A stretch of 64,000 bases of DNA, taken from contig OZ024747.1 of assembly GCA_964016885.1 (NCBI GenBank), positions 10,974,001-11,038,000 of the forward strand. Direction: 5' to 3'. Below, piece after piece: positions 59,031 through 64,000 of the stretch (its first letter is position 1; each line of letters begins with the position of its first letter). A model generated the notes under the pieces. That model had not been told where the DNA came from, searched no databases, and saw only the letters and a list, made by a program, of their open reading frames with translations. Origin of the DNA: Eledone cirrhosa. Lineage: Eukaryota. The translations under genes and the position numbers were made by a program.

Positions 59031-59100
59031 CATTATATATAGAGTTCGGATCTAGCTATTGAAAAGGCAGGAGCTCAACCGTTGGTGTCCCGAATCCTAA

Positions 59101-59314
59101 GAGATATCAACATGAATGGAATTTTTATCTAAAGACATTTTTTCCAATTCCAACCCACCCGTCCCCTCAATCTATCTTATTTCTCATTCTTTCTTCTGAT
59201 GAAGGACTAGCGTCCGAAACGTTAAAACCCTCTTCCTGCTATATCAAGCGTTAACCTAATATACCCCTTCCACATACTGCACCGATTGTGTTGTTATTTC
59301 TGTTTACCTTTTAC
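59101..59314 (+). mobile_element. Family B pseudo-LTR-like fragment with minimal hammerhead (59192-59227)
   Basis: CTGATGAAGGACTAGCGTCCGAAACGTT is identical to 1640-1667. Confidence 0.75.
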
Positions 59315-59526
59315 ATACATACATATATATATATACATACATATATATATATAAAGGACGATCGACTTTCGTCAAATCGGACCGAGGGAACAATGTTTCC
59401 GTTGGTCTTTCCAATTGCTAATACTATCTATCGGTCGCAACTCCAGGTAGAAGGAGCAACGTGAAATAAAGTGTCTTGCTCAAGGACATAACGCATCGCC
59501 TGGTCTAGGAATCGAACTCACAACCT

Positions 59527-59588
<62 letters not shown>

Positions 59589-59684
59589 TTACTCTCCCTT
59601 CTCTGGAAGAAATCAGCTGTGTTCAAACCTGGCGAGAAGATTGGCTCTGCAGTGTTTAAACTACCCAAGAAATGTCACATGTTA

Positions 59685-59868
59685 CCTCTCCTACGACACC
59701 TGGCATACGACACCTCTTCTACGACACCCCTCCTACGACACCTGGCATACGACACCTCTTCTACGACACCCCTCCTACGACACCTGGCATACAACACCTC
59801 TCCTACGACACCTGGCATACAACACCTCTCCTACGACACCTCTCCTACGACACCACTCCTACGACTCC
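59685..59868. repeat. Compound minisatellite (ctacgacacc units) inside an interspersed repeat
   Basis: Flanks are homologous to 18700-18828, where the motif occurs once. Confidence 0.75.
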
Positions 59869-60011
59869 TCAAAGAGTTACAGGTCCATGGAAGATCACAG
59901 CTTAAAATAGTCATAACGAGACTTATATATATTTATTGTATAAAAACATATTGTATAAGCCTTTATATACAACTCTATTGTTTTCTCAGAGTACATTTAA
60001 TCCCAATTTAA

Positions 60012-60380
60012 CCCTTTAGTATTTACATTACTCTATACATACTATTATGTTTTCCCAGTAAAAGCTTTATTTTACATAATTATCTCACTTAATATCAATC
60101 TACGAAATGTTAATATTATTTATTTTGAGAAGCATAGAGTTACGTCCCGTTACGTCCCTTTACGCCGAGGTTAACTTTGCTTTTCATCCTTACGGGGTCG
60201 ATAAAATAAAGTACCAGTAATGCACTGAGGATAATTGCTGGCCTTGTGCTAAAAGTAGAAACAATTATTTATTTTGAGAACATTACCTTAGCATCAGTAT
60301 GAGCAGCCGGTTATGGCCGGTTTGAACTGAAAGATGTGAGAGAATTTTGGCCGGATATGGTTTGTTTAGATGCTAAAGGG
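60012..60380. mobile_element. piggyBac-type MITE with nested SINE (60132-60270)
   Basis: TTAA-CCCTTTAGTATTTA ... TAGATGCTAAAGGG-TTAA; the SINE is flanked by a 17-bp duplication attatttattttgagaa. Confidence 0.8.
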
Positions 60381-60614
60381 TTAATTTTTACTTAAATGAT
60401 TCTAAACATTAAACATTAAACATTCCTTCTACGTTTACTTCAATAATTATTTACGTTGCAAATGGCGTCTCAGAAGAGTTGAATGTATTTGGCCAGAAAC
60501 TCAACTGAACGTCTGCTGTTGATGTAGGTCATTGGTAGAACAGTAGCCAACGATCAAGACATATGGCGTCACATATTGTCAAGTAAAGTGGACCTCGCAC
60601 CCAATATTAACGAG

Positions 60615-60680
<66 letters not shown>

Positions 60681-60868
60681 CTCTCTCTCTCACTCTCCCC
60701 CTCTCTCTCTCTGCCGCCATTGGCCAGACAGTAGCAGCTGCTATACAACACGTCTTCCCCTAATAAACTACACAAATGACCACTACCTTCCTTAGAGACG
60801 ACAACCACCACCATGACGATGATAATGATAATGATGATGATGATGATGATAATGATGATGACGTTTAC

Positions 60869-60899
<31 letters not shown>

Positions 60900-61175
60900 T
60901 TGACGACGACGACGATGATGATGATGATGATGATGGTGGTGGTGACGACGACGATGATGATGATATGGTGGTGGTGGTGGTGACGCTTGCAATAACGATG
61001 ACGACGACGATATTGATGACGACGATAACGATGGCGGCGGCGACGATGAGATGATACTGTTGATATGATATTACAGTTTGCTGTTATTTAACCAGTTTTC
61101 TTTTTATAAAACCCAGGGCATCCCTAATCAAAAAGATCGGCTGATCGGCCTATGATATATATTTATATATATATA

Positions 61176-61223
<48 letters not shown>

Positions 61224-61227
<4 letters not shown>

Positions 61228-61610
61228 GGAGCTGAGTTTTATTGTAGTACAATAAAGCAATGCAGATATCGGATAAGAAGCACTCTACAGTTTGTAGGAC
61301 TGGAGTATACATAATAATATATAAGATCAAAAGATGGTTAAAAGAGTTCCATGTATTTTATTATGCGCATTTCAAAAACAAATATCATCATGCAATAACA
61401 TTTGCGTTTTCGTCAGATAAAATAGGGAGACATGATATGAAGGTTAAAACACACTTGTGAATAGTGCAGTTTTAAATCAACATATGTGTTTTAACCTTCA
61501 TATCATGTCTCACTATTTTATCTGACGAAAACGCAAATGTTATTGCATGATGATATTTGTTTTTGAAATGCGCATAATAAAATACATGGAACTCTTTTGA
61601 TCTTATATAT

Positions 61611-61612
<2 letters not shown>
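61224..61612. mobile_element. Fold-back non-coding copy of the family F PLE terminus with two hammerheads (61356-61422 minus; 61516-61582 plus)
   Basis: Arms of about 130-140 bp; homologous to 42835-43005 and 40409-40506; CTGACGA...GAAATGCGCATA. Confidence 0.9.
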
Positions 61613-61661
<49 letters not shown>

Positions 61662-61685
61662 GTAAGTATATGTATATATATATGT

Positions 61686-61873
61686 TATTCCGGGTTGAAT
61701 CGGAGGCAACCACAGTAAGTAAGGTACTCAATACATAGCAGAGTATAAATGTTTTAATATAGAAGAGCTTCTACAGGACTAGAACTGTTTCATTCGTGAG
61801 AAATCATCAGGGCTTCCTGATGATTTCTCACGAATGAAACAGTTCTAGTCCTGTAGAAGCTCTTCTATATTAA
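61686..61873. mobile_element. Fold-back element (family C), perfect 58-bp arms, hammerhead at 61812-61860 plus
   Basis: GCTTC-CTGATGA-tttc tcac gaat-GAAAC-AG ttctagtc CT-GTA-GAAGC; 4-nt loop. Confidence 0.85.
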
Positions 61874-61893
61874 TATATATATATATATATATA

Positions 61894-61931
<38 letters not shown>

Positions 61932-62120
61932 TATATATATATTGTTATACTTTGGGAGGGCCATGCTGCCAATAAAAATGCACACACACCTGTTGGTTTT
62001 CACTAATTTATAAACAACCATCCGGTTATCGAACCAACCAACCATTCAGCCAACCGGAAAATATAATAAATTGTAGTGAAAACCAACAGTGCGTGTGTTT
62101 TTATATATATATATATATAT

Positions 62121-62253
62121 AACGAAGGAGTTGTGGTAAAGAACCAGATGGACCATAACGCACCAGAGTACTCAATACTTAGAGTAGTAGAGTGGGTAAT
62201 AGGAAAATGTATGACCCCGACGGCAGAGCTCTGCCGTCGGGGTCATACATTTT

Positions 62254-62258
<5 letters not shown>
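62121..62258. mobile_element. Fold-back element (family A), perfect 60-bp palindrome 62199-62258
   Basis: Centred on GAG|CTC; tail homologous to 141-224; TA-flanked. Confidence 0.85.
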
Positions 62259-62289
<31 letters not shown>

Positions 62290-62291
<2 letters not shown>

Positions 62292-62445
62292 AAAGTTCTA
62301 TTTAAATTGTTGGGATACAACAAGCAAATATTTTTATAACTGATATAAAGCACTCGACAATAAAGCACTCGACGATATTAACAAATGGAAACTATATTTA
62401 TTTAAATATGGTTTTATAAATATAGTTTCCATTTGTTAATATCGT
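62290..62445. mobile_element. Fold-back element (family E), 30-bp arms
   Basis: 62372-62401/62416-62445; arm homologous to 40270-40304. Confidence 0.75.
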
Positions 62446-62523
<78 letters not shown>

Positions 62524-62696
62524 CTCTATAAAGTTAACTGTCTCTAATACGTAAGCATCTCAATGAAAAGACAGGATTTATTAATAAATCAATAAATTAT
62601 TACTCCATTCAGAGAAGTGTTAAAATATATTAAAACTTATTTCTATGAAGAATTCATCCCCTGATGAAGAAACTTAAATTCTTCCAATATTGATTA

Positions 62697-62840
62697 TTCC
62701 CTGAGGAATTTAAGGGTCGTTAGACTAGCGTTCCCTGAGGAATTTAAGGGTTGTTAGTCTAGCGTTCCTTGAGGAATTTAAGGGTCGTTAGTTTAGCGTT
62801 CCCTGAGAAATGTAAAGGTCGGTTTATTGTTCCCTGAGCA
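62697..62840. repeat. 34-bp minisatellite
   Basis: Unit ttccctgaggaatttaagggtcgttagactagcg. Confidence 0.8.
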
Positions 62841-63227
62841 ATTTAAGGCACAGGGATCTTTATAAAATGTAAAGTAGAGGAGCGGATCTGTGTGCTGTAA
62901 GTTACTGTGGTTGTTGTTGTTGTTGTTGTTACTGTTTTTACTGCTGTTGTTGGTACTGCTGTTGTTGTTACTGCTGTTGTTACTGCTGTTGTTGTCACAG
63001 CTGTTGTTACTGTTGTCGTTGTTACTGTTGTTGTTACTGCTGTTGTTATTACTGCTGTTGTTGTTACTGCTGTTGTTGTTACTGCTGTTGTTGTTGTCGT
63101 TAGCCCTAAGTCAACTCTGATCAAGCAGACCAATGAACAAAAGTATTCCAGCCGTGGCCATCTCGTCTTTTTCCTGTGTGCAGGAAACCGAAAACCTTAC
63201 ACTACAACGTGTCATTGTATATGTGTA

Positions 63228-63575
63228 TTTTGAGGGAGATTTGGCTACTGTTTCTTGTAGGTCGAGGTGACTGTGTAAAGGTTTCCTCGTGGTGGCCTTA
63301 AACAGTACCTTTTCATCTGAAGAGGATTTAGCTACTATTTCTAGCAGGTAGAGGTGACCATGTAAAGGTTCCCTCGAGGTGGCCCTAAATGGTACATTTT
63401 CATTTGAGTGAGATTTGGCTACTATTTCTAACAGGTCGAGGTGACCATGTAGAGGTTCCCTCGGAGTGGCCTTAAATGGTACATCTTCATTTGAGGGAGA
63501 TTTAGCTACTATTTCTAGCAGGTCGAGGTGACCATGTAAAGGTTCCCTCGGGGTGACCTTATACGGTACCTTTTC
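63228..63575. repeat. 87-bp tandem repeat, 4 copies
   Basis: Unit atttgagggagatttggctactatttctagcaggtcgaggtgaccatgtaaaggttccctcg..ggccttaaatggtacattttc. Confidence 0.85.
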
Positions 63576-64000
63576 TCTAGTTAAGTGTGTGGGCAATGGA
63601 TACAACACAGCGCTACTTCACTTCAATTTCTCTACATACACTTGACTATAGTTGAATAGATTTCATATACTTCATATTGAATCGCAATGCATTTATCGTA
63701 AGAAATAAATATTCTTTGAAATGACTGAAGTAAATGTTGATAATACAGAGAAAAGAGAGCGAAGACAGATACAAAGAGGGAGAGAAGGAGAAGAAGAAAG
63801 CAGTGAGAGAAAGAAAGAGAGAGATATATATGTGAGAGAGAAAAGAGGGAGAGAGGGGGGAAGAGAGAGAAAAGGAAGAAGAGACAGTGTATTGGCTATT
63901 CTTCATTTATCATATCGGCTCATCTTTAAAGTGGGTCTAACAAGCTTCCTCGTCTCAATTTCTTTCTCATGAAACTTGATTATTTCTTCGTTCTTTAGGA

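Noticed and set aside
62640-62680. cctgatgaagaaac hammerhead candidate
   Set aside because: No helix II between CTGATGA and GAAA, and no helix I.

Overview
Eukaryotic, AT-rich and dominated by microsatellites and transposons. No host protein-coding gene can be supported; nearly all ORF-track entries are translated (TA)n/(CA)n/(ACC)n repeats. The SINE and repeat content looks like a coleoid cephalopod (octopus-like) genome, which is my recognition rather than a database result. Real coding sequence: (1) an intact ~1181-aa RTE-clade LINE ORF (APE-RT plus three C-terminal C2H2 fingers; 8294-11839, minus); (2) a 5'-truncated Penelope-like element (RT-YRDD plus GIY-YIG, Naiad-like; 40504-41922); (3) decayed R4/Dong, Tx1-like, RTE and hAT fragments. 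There are about 20 copies of one tRNA-derived SINE, several MITEs and several minisatellites. The main hidden signal is a population of at least 10 fold-back (palindromic or hairpin) elements of several unrelated families, nearly all set in (TA)n tracts. They share one layout: (TA)n - unpaired tail - inverted arm - short or no loop - direct arm - (TA)n. Most carry type I hammerhead ribozyme motifs, about a dozen in 64 kb, some on both strands and one with a 116-nt rod-like helix II. A short motif (TNGAGYRC) recurs in the tails of different families, and one hairpin has a tRNA-like 3' half where the others have a hammerhead. One hairpin family matches the termini of the coding Penelope-like element, which links these to PLE retrotransposition.
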